Below are positions 14,361 to 26,447 of a stretch of DNA of 64,000 nt, in pieces. Position numbers and translations under genes: made by a program. The notes below the pieces were generated by a model. It had not been told where the DNA came from. It saw nothing but the letters and a program-made list of their open reading frames with translations, and made no database searches. Every line of letters starts with the position of its first letter. Position 1 is the stretch's first letter. This DNA comes from Moniliella sp. 'wahieum' (Eukaryota): contig RSEE01000044.1 in NCBI GenBank assembly GCA_003971905.1, positions 248,001-312,000 of the forward strand. Direction: 5' to 3'.

Positions 14361-15526
14361 TCAGGATGCCCAGACCAGCAGTCGGGCGTCCCAAGAGCCA
14401 GTGCAGAGCGCAAAGCCATCCTTAGACACACCCAGACACGATACTCGGTTCTCATGCGCCGACAGCACCCCCACCCGGTCCGACTTGAGCGTATCCCACA
14501 CATTGACATTGTGGTCGTCGTACCCGGCCAGCAAAAGACGGCCCGAGTGACTAAAGTCAACTGACGTGATTCCCACATGAGATTGTCGTGGGCATACACG
14601 GCGAGGGAGCGATCGGCACGCAGGTCAAACAGGCGGCAGGTCGCATCATCGATCCCGATACGAACGCATTGCCATCAGGGGAAAAGGCTACCGAGTTGAT
14701 GTCCGTCTCGTGGCCGGCAAAGGTTTGTACTGCCCCTTTGGACGCAGGCACGCGCGTGTCCCACAACTTGGCCTGCGCATCACACGCACCAGACACAAAC
14801 AGATTTTGGTTGGTAGGGGAAAGAGCGAGGAACATAACGTCGGCAGTGTGCTCGTCGTACTCGGCCTTGCGCTGGCCCGTTTCGTCCCACAGCATGCAGC
14901 TCATCCCCCGACGAGGTAACCATGTCGCGGTCCGTAATGAAGCGGCAGCAGGAAAGATAGCCTGTATGACCCACCAACTCGCGCGCTGGGTTGCCGTTGC
15001 TCTGTGCGTCGGGATCTTTGCTTTGACGCAAGTTGTACACAGAGCACAGGTTGTCCAAGCCGCCACAGGCGACGAGTTGTCCCGAGGGACTGTACCCGCA
15101 CGTCATGACCCAGCTGCTTTTGAGAGGAATGGCATGCACTTTGTTGCTGGTGTGCGCATCCCAGACAATCAACTTGCCGTCTTGGCTAGCCGAGACGAGG
15201 TGGCGCGCATCGTTGGCCCACTGCATGGCATAGACCTTGGCCAGATGGCCCTTGAGCGTCCGGCGCGTCTTGAGCGCCACCCGTGGGAGGGGGGGCACAC
15301 TCTCTGCCGAAGAGAGAGGGTGCCATCAGCAAGGGCGTCCTTCTGGGCACGGATCTGTCCTTAGCGCATCAGCCGTGCGCCGCGCAGCAGCAATCTTTTC
15401 TTGCAAGTCGAGGCTCTGGGCCGAGGTGACGCTGCGGGCGACATGCCCTGCCGACCGGCCGCGGGCGGGGCTGACGTAGTAGGAGCCGTTGGAGGTGCGG
15501 GCGGGAAGGGCGGTGGCGGTGCTCAT
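14361..15526 (-). CDS. GPB1: heterotrimeric G-protein beta subunit (WD40; Ste4/Gpb1/Bpp1 type)
   Basis: [10 protein letters not shown] coiled coil, [79 protein letters not shown]. No intron seen; several frameshifts. Confidence 0.95.
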
Positions 15527-16560
15527 AGCCAGCTCACCAGGGGCGCAGGGGGGAGCGTGATGGTGATGGTGGTGGTGGTGCTGGTGGCGGGAGCGGGCGG
15601 GGGTCGGGTGAAGGTGAGCGGTGCGATTGGGTGGTGCAGGTGGGTGCGACTGGGCGCCTGCGCCGGCGTGCGCTTGCTTGTGGGACCGCGCAGGAGGGGG
15701 CAGGGGGGCAGTGGGCGGACGATCACACACCTTCTGGAACCCCTCTGCAGCCAGCCTGCGTCGGCCTGCATCCCAGCTGCATCCCCTGCATCATCGCCTG
15801 CATCGCCCTGGCAGCGGCTGCCCACTGGCCGCAGTGCCCACGCGCCCTGCCAGCCACGGGCCAGCCTGCCCCGCCGCGTGCGCCGCATTCTTCGGGGCAA
15901 GCCGATCGGCTTACGTACACGCGTGGCTTGGCCCTCCGACCATTGATCATCGATCGGCGTCCCGCGTCACGCGTCCCGCGCCACTGCTCCCAGGCGGCGC
16001 TGCAGGATGCGTGCACCAGCACGCACCACAGTGCGTGCAGCCAGCCACAGCACAAACAGAAGCGCATGGCGTGCAGTTGGCTGATCCTGTGCGGGTGATC
16101 GAATGCTGCATGTGACATGTGATGAGCGAGGTGATGTCGGCAGGTTGCCCCCTGGCATGTCCCCGCCGCCCATACGGTGGTGTCGATGGGTACACACCGG
16201 CATCGGATCTCGACAGGAGGAGATAGTTGACTATAGGGATCGCACTGCCGTCCCCGCTTCCGGGGGTGGCGCGGCCATTGCGCCCAGAAACCTTCCCAAG
16301 AAGAACGGGAACACTGTCGCGAGTGGCAAGCCAGCGCCGCCGACTGCTCGCGCCGCCCTGCGGGGTAAACCGATGGGGCGGAACGGACGGGCGGAAACGG
16401 GGTGGTACGCCACACTCGGGGTGAGTCTTCAAGCTTCAATGTTGCAGTGTAACGGTGACGCGCCATTCGGCCCAGGTCGGCGCCGCAACGGCCGGCGGAT
16501 GGTGGTTGGAGGCCACGAGCAGCACCTACGCTTCCTCGGCGGCGGTGCCGAGCGCTCCCG

Positions 16561-19500
16561 ATGGTCTCTCCGTCCTCGCCACCACCCGGCCGCCGACAGG
16601 CGCACTCGTATGCGCCGCCTCCGCCTCCTGCGCGCCCAGCGCTCCACATCGACGCCCTCCTCGCCCCCACTCGCCGAGCCCACCCCCCGATCCCGCCCAG
16701 AACCCGCCCGCCTACTCTCTCCCGCCCCGCCCCCACGCGCCCCATGCGCACCCTTACGCCCACCCCGCCACTGCCGCTGCTGCGGCCACGGGTGCTGTCA
16801 CGGCTGATGCCCCTTCCGGCCGCACCCCAGCTGTACCAACTGCTACCAGCGCAAGATCCGTTGCCCCAAGGACAAACCCATCGCTCCACCTGCATCCGCC
16901 GCGGCGTTGCTTCGTCGTGCGTGTACGTCGACCGGCGCGAGCTGCCTGCCCACATCCGCCCCCACCCCGCAAACCCAGCCGCAGCGTCATCCCATCCCAG
17001 CCCTCCGCCCGCCCCCGCCCCGACTCCTCCTGGTCCTAACCCCAAGCAAGCGTCTTCCCCCTCATCCCCCCCCCCCCGACATAGCGCCTACGCCTACGCC
17101 TGGCGCTGCTTCGCCCGATGCTGCTGCTGCTGCGTCCGGCGAGCTCATCGGTTCTCCCTCTCCTGGCCACGCTGATCCAGGCCTCAGCACACCGAAGCAG
17201 CTGCGGCCGCCCCATCTGTCCCAGCTGGAGTGGACATGGACACCCTGGCTGACCAAGTCGCCGAACGCATGTCCAGCCGCGTAGCCGACTTGGTTGCTGC
17301 CCGGCTCCTACCCATCCTGTCAGCTGTCTATGCCCGCTCGCAGCCCACTGCTCCCTCGGCTTCGTCCTCCACTCTCCCACCCCACAACCACCTTCCAGGT
17401 GCCCCCGGAACGGGATCGGCCAGCACCCTCATCTTCCCCTATCCTGGGGCTAGCATAGGAGGGGCTTCCACATATGTGGCCAAGGCGCTGGATCTCCCCC
17501 CAGACGATGTGCTCGATTGGGCGGTGGAGTACTTTTTGGTACGTAGTTACGTTTGCTCCTGATGTCTTTTTTAAAAGGTCGAGATCCTAACCACCTTTCA
17601 TCGCTCTCAGCGTGAGCTTGAGCCGCTGCATGGATGCGTCGTGGGCGGTATCCTACTGGATCAGATTGCCGGACTCAAAAAGGAACGTGCTCGGCGCCAG
17701 GCGGCCGCCGGGGGGCGTCGCAGCGGGGCCCCCAATGACGATCCAGCCCTCACCGAACGCCTTAAGACATGGGCGATCTTGCATGCATCCCCCCTTGATG
17801 CCGACCAAGCCGTACCGGTGGCAGTGCTGACTGTCGCCTATGCCGTTTGGCCAACGTCTCCACCGTTTCTCCCTACTCCTTAATCCGCACCCAGACGCAA
17901 TGGGGGCTCGATCGCTGCTGCCCTCTTCTCTTCTTGGCCGCCCGACGGACAATTCGAGGAGGCTCGCATGGCTGCTGCATCACATGGACTCGATGCACTT
18001 CGTACGGGTTACCTCCAGGTAGCTCAGACCTTGTTGGCTGTTGGTCGCTGGGCAGAGTACCCCACCGTCACCTCCCTTCAAGCTGTCATCATCCTTCGTC
18101 CGGTATGGATGGCCCTGGGCCAGCATGTAAGCATGTCATCGGCCAATTCGGTCGCGATCAAGGCGGCGTCTTTCAAAGGACTGCATCGTCTGGGCTGCGC
18201 AAAGGGCGATGGCCAACGCTGGATGGCCCAGCGTCAACGAGGCAAACAGCAACAATACGCTCCTGGTACTTTGCATGGGCCCGTCTCTGTGGGGTTGGGT
18301 GGCATGGCAAATCACACACCTGGTGCTGATGGCCCCGACTGGACTAGCGCGCAAGGGGTGCCGCTACAGATACCTCGGTCAATGTCCATTTCGAACCATC
18401 TGTTGACCCAGCTTCAAACTCAGCTTGGCCGAACCCCATCGCCCGACGCCGCCAGTATGGGGGCAGCGACCAAGAAGACACCACCGGGGGGTAAAGATCG
18501 TTCTCCGAACGAGGAGATCGAAACAGGCAATGGTGCTGATCCGCGTTCCTCTGCCGATGGTGACAATCCTCGCCGTCCGCCTATTGCAGGGTTTGGGATG
18601 GGTCACCATGCGGTGCGGGAGGTGGGGCGTAAGGTATGGTGGTCGCTGGTTACTCTGGACTGGCTCCTCGGTTCGCGGTTTGATCTCTTTTACCTCGTGA
18701 ACGTGGATCAGGGTGTCGAGTATGGCATTGACGCTCATTTGTACCCATGGCGCTTCCCCCGCCTCCCCACGCGTCTGAGTGAAGGCATGACAACACAGGC
18801 GAGTGGCCACGCATGCCACCCAAGCCACGCCGATTCCCGTTCTGTCCCCCCAACTACAGGCCACGTTGAACACGACACCTCCGATCCTGACCATGAGCCC
18901 GATGGTACTACGCTCTACTACTCGGCTCGTTGGCCTCCAGGCAAGGGGCTGACCCGAACTGCCTATCCTCGGTGGGATGTCCCAGAGGAGACTGTCCTCC
19001 AAACTCCGCAATGGGGTGTTGTCCTAGGATTGGAGGTGGAGGAGGAGCCGAGGGAGGATGCGATGAGCCAAGCACCATGCGGGCCCGAGGTCCCTGCCGA
19101 CCAGCTTCCGTCCGATATGTTTCTGGCTCCACCAGGTGCTGGGAAAGGGGGGATTAACATGAGCAGTCTCTTCCTCGTCTTTAGCTCCCTGGTCTCCCAA
19201 GCGTACAAACTCTTGTCGATGACGTGGCCGAAGCCGATGGCGAGTATTCTTCCAAGGACCTTGAGCTCGCCGAACTACGAGGTCGATTCCTCTTTACCAA
19301 CATTCCTTCGCCTCTTCGCTTGACCACGCAGGAACTAATCTATCTGCATGCCGTTACTCCCGAGGTGCAACTGCCTCTGCCCAAGGGGCCAACGGATTTG
19401 CCTTATCCTCAACTCCATCCTTTGCCGGAAGGAGTGACGGTGCAGGTTCCAGCAGGGAAAGTTTGGCTTCACATGCTTCTTCTTCGGACGTTGCATGGCC

Positions 19501-20845
19501 TCCGCCTGTTACACCGGAAGAGAAGACCAAATTGGTGAGTCTCATGATCACCCACCATCTTTGTCTCCGTTCCAACCGGTTCTACATGAGTCGGGTTTGA
19601 CGATCCAACCTATGCCCGCTCGTCCTACTTTTGTGTTAACGCAGCTTGGCAACTCTTGCGTCTTGCCAAGCGTCTGATCACTCCCTTGCCAGATGCAGTA
19701 CCTTGGCTACCGCCTTCTTCGGGAGAGGAGCATGAGTATCTGGCTCATCCATCTACGGTGGGCACCTCGGTGGTTGGCCCATATGGTTTGTTGTGCTTTA
19801 CGTGTTCCATGCAACGATCGTGTTGCAAATGTACTCGGTGCATCGGGCCAATGCAGCGGAGCAGCGCCAGGCTCGCCCGGGCGCGTCTCAGGACACGGAA
19901 CAAGACAAGCAAGAGCGGTACATCGATGAGCAACTGGACGAGATGATCGTCTGGTCCATCCGTGCTATTCGCACCAGCTTTCTCGCGCATGCTCGTCGGG
20001 ATGCGTCTCACTCACTCGTTGACACGCTCATTGAATTTCGCCGACAGGCACAGGGAGTGGACTCACCTGCACGTGCCCCTCCCACCACGACATCCCCACC
20101 ATCCAAACGTCCTAAAACGAGCAAGGAACCAACCTCGTGGCACACGGGCGAACAAACCCCGCACCCTCCCGACTCACCTAGCACCAACCGGCCCCGCGCC
20201 AAGTCACCCCCGAGGTATACGACCGGGACCGGTACGGGCCACCCGGTCCCCCCGCGCGTTGGAGCAACTGCTTCTGGGGCTGTTCAATGGGCCTGAGACC
20301 CAGGGGGATTGGATCCGACTCAGTCGGCCCCGTCGCCGAGTGGACCCGACTACGACGGACCCTACTCCCCCGCTTGTCCCGGAACCACACGCGACAAACG
20401 AACCTTTGCCCGTCCGTCACTTAGCCCCTGGCCGCTCTGGCCTGCGACCGATCCAGAACCTCCACCGCGGTGGGCAACGCCGTTCCCCCTCTCCTCCCCT
20501 CGATGCCCAACCCCTCGGCGCCCCGGGGCCCACTTCCCGATCCAAATGCCACTGCCAACTGGTACGCTCACTTGGGGCGGGCATGGCTGCTCCCGCCGCC
20601 ACGGCAGTCTGGGCGGCTCCCAGGCCCAGACCCAGGCTCAGGTTCAGGCCCAGGCTCACATGGCGTCTTCCGTGCCCGGTATGCCCCCGTTGCGCGGCGC
20701 CGGCGCCTATGGAATATTGTCCCCCGGCTACTTTGGTGCGGCGCCCCCACCCCATCCTCCCTCGCTCTTCTCCGGTACGTGGGCCGGGGAAAATTCAATT
20801 CTGGACCCGTTTGACTCGGCCGTCCTCCAGGCCCTCTTCCCTTGA
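16561..20845 (+). CDS. Zn(II)2Cys6 fungal transcription factor with middle homology region
   Basis: CTNCYQRKIRCPKDKPI(C)STCIRRGVASSC at 16832-16920 (needs one restored base); REVGRKVWWSLVTLDW motif at about 18615-18665; introns 17539-17610 and 19535-19644; ends LDPFDSAVLQALFP-TGA. Start codon tentative. Confidence 0.85.
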
Positions 20846-21405
20846 TGTCCCGCTGCATGGGCCTAGCGGCGTTACCGCTTGCCTCCTGAGTCTCAATACT
20901 GAGGCTCAACATTCAGTACTCAGTCTGGGCCTGATATAACCCAAGTTTCCAACCCTCCTCTTACTTTTGCACTTTTGCACCGTTTTGCTCGTTGTTTGCT
21001 TATCGTTTTGGGTTTGTGTTGTGCCACGGTTGAATGTTGAATGTGGAGTGTTGGCTGCCGGTCGCCGTGAGCGACGGCGGTCTTGTATCGAGAATACCTT
21101 AGCATCGTTCTTGCACCAGGATTGCGGATCATCGATACCTCGAGTAGTGTAAATAGTACGTAGTAGTGCTCCGCGTTCGACGAAGGGCTTCGCAGATGGG
21201 CGTTTCGTCGGAGACACCCAAAGTGTACTAGTAGTAATGGGCCGTATTTGTCAGGCTGGATGCCCTGGGGGTTGAGCTACCAGGCACACACACGCACACA
21301 TATCGGACACAAGAAAGTAGTAAAACAGTGCCGGTCACAGCACAGAACAACGGAACTAGCATGCATCTTGATGTGGCCGTGACCCCGAGTAGAAATTGGC
21401 GGCAA

Positions 21406-21458
21406 GCAAATGTGAGCCCAAGATCTGCTGACGCAAATGTGAGCCCCAAAACCTGCTG
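21406..21458. repeat. imperfect direct repeat, 2 copies at 27-bp spacing
   Basis: GCAAATGTGAGCCCAAGATCTGCTG and GCAAATGTGAGCCCCAAAACCTGCTG. Confidence 0.7.
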
Positions 21459-21968
21459 GATGGCCAGCCTCGATGGCCCGATCGGCGGCGAGCACAGTTA
21501 AAGATGCGCACTTGCGCAACGGATGCACAGACATTCACCTCTCCTCTGAGCGGCAGTACATCAGCGCTACTGCACATCAGGCACAGCATACTATTCAAGA
21601 TCGCATCTGGCGTGCACAAACTCGGGGGAAATCAAGGCGAAAAAAGCGTCTAACGAAGGTGGCACCCACCCAAAAGTCAAGGTGCGTTGCAGGTGGCGGA
21701 GATGGCGTTCAGCCGTCAGACCAAGAGGATTGGATGGCGTACACACCATCAGGGCGGGCCAGTCGGCGGACACCAGTACGTGCCGTGGCCGCCGTATGAC
21801 ATGGTGCGCGTTTAGCTACGTCGTATCGAGCTCAGGGCAATGCGTTCTGCGTGTCCTCAGGGATCAGGCAGGCGGGAATAACAGCAGGGCGGACAGGTCA
21901 TGCTATGATCATCCCGTCGGTGGATGGTCCACAAGGAAGGTGACACAGTGGCAGCCCAAGATCTCGAT

Positions 21969-22302
21969 TCATTCGTCCTTTTCTTCTGGTGGCGGACCGC
22001 AGGGCTGGAGCATGCGCTGCGATAGAGCAAGTAGAAGTTAAGTTAGTGGATGCTTCACACCTGATGGAACCGGGGGAAACAGCGACACACCTCGGTCAGC
22101 TCAAAGCGAGTGCGCGCTTGGGACTCGCCGTCGGCCAGAGCAGTGTAGGCGAGCAGCTGCGGGTAGCCGATGATGGAGGCAGTGGTTCGCGGTGTTGGTG
22201 GGTGATCCACTCGTGCTTGGTCACGTCCGGGTGGATGGTGCCCGTGTATCGTGCATGCAAGTTCTCGAGCTGAGATGCAGCATGGTAACGAAGTTCCGCC
22301 AT
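21969..22302 (-). CDS. SF3B5: splicing factor 3B subunit 5 (SF3b10/Ysf3)
   Basis: MAELRYHAASQLENLHARYTGTIHPDVTKHEWITHQHR..TASIIGYPQLLAYTALADGESQARTRFELTE, intron 22017-22090, then RMLQPCGPPPEEKDE-TGA; one frameshift near 22188. Confidence 0.93.
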
Positions 22303-22654
22303 GCTGGAGATGGAGGTGGCGAGGGAAGGGCAAGGACACGGCATGATCAAGACAACCGCTGCCAGGCCAAGGGAAAAGGGCACAGTTGCAATATTGCAAC
22401 TCATGTTGCTCACGTAAGGGCGTCATTAACGAACGTTGAACGTCTGGGTGGCAGAGTTGACGCGTGACGCATCGGTGACGTCCATGATCACGTGCCTTGC
22501 GGCCGCGCTCGCGAGTCGGAAAGTAGACTTATGTAATCCTGCCCAGGCCCGTTCCCCCCCCCCCCAGCATCGACGCGCCCACCATCCGGCCCATCCTCCC
22601 TTGGCGTCGTACCGAGTAGGTTGCTGACCATGCTCCGCCCGAACGACACCGGAC

Positions 22655-25600
22655 ATGGCGATCACACCTCCAATGGAGAGAGCCGGCCACGTCCCCGCCC
22701 TTGAGCGTATTGGTTTGCGTCGCCGCCCTGATTCCGACGCGAGTGAGGGGAACACCAAACGCCGCAGGCTGACCATCCACCGCGCGCCTGTCCCCAACGC
22801 ACCCTCCTCCTCTTCTCCGTTGCCTCCAGGAGGTTCTGCATCGGAAACGCACTCCGTGTCGACACCGTCAAAGTCACCAAGTGCATACGACCGCTTCGAC
22901 GAGCGGGGCTGGCTGCGTGGCCTGGCCTGGCAAATCCGTCGCGCAGTCAACCGCCCTCTAACACGACTCCTGTTGCCCCCGCACCGTGTCAGGTGTCAAG
23001 CGGACATCCTCGGGATCCACCCCACTTCCGTCCCAAAATCGGTCTTCCCCCAACTCTTGCACACCAACATCCCCTCCCATTCGTTGTCTTTTTCGTCGTT
23101 TCTCAGTGGCCCTGCATCGCCTTCCCCAGCAGAGGTCCCCTCATCTAACGCGGCCCTCAAGTCTCTGGTCGAAGGACACGACGCGTCTTCGTCGATCCCT
23201 TTGGCCCACAAAAGCATGGGCATCTATCGCGAACAGAGCGTGCAAGTTGACTTGGAGAGCCACCGCCCGCCAAGCGTCCCCGGCTTGATTCCCGATCTCC
23301 CCACATTGCCTTCGCTGCACTTTGGTTCGTCCAACCTGAAAAAGCCGTTGGATCTCTGCGGTTCTTGAAGCCGGAAATTCTGCGGCAATCGAAGAGGATG
23401 CTACTGGCGAATCAAAGGACGGAGAGAGGGGCGCCAGGACGGAAGAAGGGGAGGAGGACCCTAATGCTGCTGTGGAACGCGCTCAGCAAGCTGCTCTCGC
23501 TTGGAGAGCTATTCAACTCGGGTGGAGTTTCGGCGCGTGACGGCAAAAAGAACAAGATGTTGGAACTGACTTGGCGCGCTCATTTATTCCTTTGGGCGCG
23601 GTGGGACCTCGGGGAAGAAGAATCTACCGAGTCGGCACCTGGGTCCAAATCGAGCGGCGCATCAGCGATGATTCTTCCTCTTCGGAAGGTTCAGACTCAG
23701 ATTCAGATTCAGATTCAGATCCGACGAAGATCCGACTCAGGTTCTAGCTCCAGCTCCAGCTCCAGCTCGGACGTGGAGCGCACCCTGTGGGATTGAGTCA
23801 CCTAGCTTCCATGACGGACCCAGCTCAGCACAGGGAGGGAAAGGTGTCCAACACATCTTTGTTGTCCGCGGACCCGCTCCCTCCTTCCCGATTTGCTGCT
23901 GCGTTCACGACTAAGGATGGTCAATTGGACATTGATGCACTCCTCAACGCTCGCGGCCAACTGGCTGCACCCACTGCCTCCGCAACCATCAGTGCCCAAA
24001 AAGAGTGCTCTTTGGTGCAGGTTCGTTCGGTCTTTGACAATGCTTGGCACTGAACACTAACTGACATGTCTGCGTTTTAGGAAATCGGTGACAACCCTTC
24101 ATCATCCTCTCGAGCCATTCCAAAAGGACAGAGTCAGTTTTGAAGCGGTTCGCGCAGGAGGACGAGGACGAGGAGGATGAGGGACGAGGAGGATGAGGAG
24201 ATGAGGGCGGAGGGAGGAGGAGGAAGAGGAGGAGGACGAGGAGGACGAGGAGGACGAGGAGGACGATGAGGCGGAGGACGACGAGGCTGAGGACGATGAA
24301 GCGGAAGACCGACGCCTGGACTCGAAAGAGGGCATGATCTTGGAGCAAGCGCCTCCTGTCGAGTACGAAGCCAGCGAGGCGTCCTACGATGAACTGGACG
24401 AGGCCCATTTGAGACGTCTCCGAATCAATGGAGGATGGTCAAAACGAAATTGAACAAGCCCAAGATGAAGAGCAACGGGAGGACCGAATCAGATTGCTTC
24501 GCCCCTCGGCCCTTTTCACACGAGCCTGGACCATATTGTTGTCCTCAGTGACAGCGACAGTGAAGGAGATGAGCCTGCTCCGAAGCCACCGGTCTCCCAA
24601 GATATGCCGCCACATCAATATTTGCCTCCCTTTGGTGACATCGACAGCGATCCGCAAGATGAGGACGAAGATGACGAGGAGGAGGAGGAGGAGGAGGAGG
24701 AGGAGAAGAAGAAGAAGAAGAAGAGGAAGGGGGTGATGAAGATGAGCCGACGATTGGCAAGATCTTCCTGAGGGTAGGTCTGAGGCTGATCCGGACCACC
24801 TGCAGCACAGACCCCTCTCAACCACCTATCCCATCCCACCGATTTGGATCGGTACTCCCATGCCTTCGCCACAGCTGACCCGCCATTCTTCGCTGACAAC
24901 CAAAGCCACATGGACTCCAACCTGGACCATTTCGGATTCGATCCGCTACCGAGTTGGCCTGTGTCTGATATGGGAACGGAGAACCTGCCTTCCTCATCTG
25001 AATTGCCGCCGCCGCCGCCTCCCACATATGCTCCGTCTTCGTATGCCGCCGTCACAGTTGCGGATCCAGCTCCGGCCCGGCTCCGGCTCCGGCTCCGGCC
25101 CGGCTCCAGCTCCCGTTTCAGACCTGGTCACAGAAGGCGTTTTACTATCTGAGACCATTGATCCAGTCTTGGTCGCTATGGCTGCAGCAAGTGCCCAAGG
25201 TGCCCATGATCCACATGCGCCTGGCCAAATCGACCCCAGCCTTCTTGGCACTACTGGTGAGTTCGTCTTCGAGCCTATAACCCAGAATGGGTATGTGCCT
25301 CAGCCTCAACTGTACCAATGGAGCCGAACCCATGGAGAAGGCACCTTCCTCGGAAGAGGCCCGGTTGCCAGTCAAGATGTGGAACCAGCTACTCAGCCCA
25401 CTCTGGCTGCCGAGCCTTCCTTTCCCAACCCCGCTACGTCGACCGACAGAGCCTCCGAGCCTGACCATGGGCCACGGAAGTTGAAAAAGATGGCTTTCAG
25501 GGCCTGGTGGATTTGCCTTTTACCGCTCGGAGGCTGCAGCGATCCCCACTTTGAGCCAGTTCGACCCACCTCACACCTGCTCTGGTGCGCTCCTTAATCC

Positions 25601-26447
25601 CACAGAAACAGAAGCGCGGGTTGAAGAGGCGAGCGCCCAGTTGGGCGGTGAATCCAGTCACGACGCCTCTTTGTACCCGACGCAAATGCCCTCTACCGCC
25701 CCAGTCGCCGTTTCGGAAGCCACCCCCTCCCAAACTGTAACTGTTACAGCAATTGCTGAGCAGAGCATTGACCCGAACGTCAATTCCACCAACCCAATCG
25801 ACCCATCTACCCTGACGCAACAGTCCACGGCGCATCGAGCCGAATTCCAGCCCCAAGACGCAGCAAGCCGATGCCACATTCCCAACTGGTGTTCAAGAAC
25901 TGGTACCGACAAAGTCTGGCGAATCTGGCGACGCCCAAGAAGGGCGTGGCGAGGAGAGGAGAGGCAAGATGGGCACTCTTCTGATGGGCAACCTTCTGGC
26001 CTCCGGCTGTTCTCCCCTCAGAGGAAGACGAAGATTCGGAGGAGGATGGGCCTACGGAAGACGACGACCATATGGGGGGCGACAGTGACACTGCCGATGA
26101 GGACACGCCGAGAAGCATAATGGTCCCCTCGCTGGCGGGGCGGAAATCATTGAGCTCCTCTCCTCTGACTCGGAGGAAGAGTAGGACGAGGATGAGCTGG
26201 ATGCGCAGTGGGACGAGGAGGAGGAGCAACGTAACGAACCCATCCTCGGCTTGGGTGGCCGTTTGCACACGCCCGCCAAGGTGGATTCCCGTGAAGGAGA
26301 CGAGGAGGAGAGGATGTGGATGAAGAGGGGGAGGAGGAGAGGGGAGGAGGAGGAGAAGAGGAGGAAGGGGATGAGGAGGATGGAGACGAGGAAGGACAAG
26401 GGCAAGAGAAGAAGGGGAAGAAAGAAAAGAGGGAGAAGAAGAGGTAA
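22655..26447 (+). CDS. large acidic, Ser/Pro-rich disordered protein of unknown function
   Basis: Continuous protein-like fragments with long D/E tracts (24155-24300, 24660-24740, 26020-26400), an NLS-like KRRR near the start, an intron-like segment 24021-24080 (GTTCGT..CTAAC..TAG) and a basic C-terminus ending TAA 26447. Frames uncertain. Confidence 0.55.

Noticed and set aside
15527..15730. His-tract N-terminal extension of G-beta
   Set aside because: In frame but with no ATG; more simply a (CAC)n-rich 5' leader like those before other genes here.
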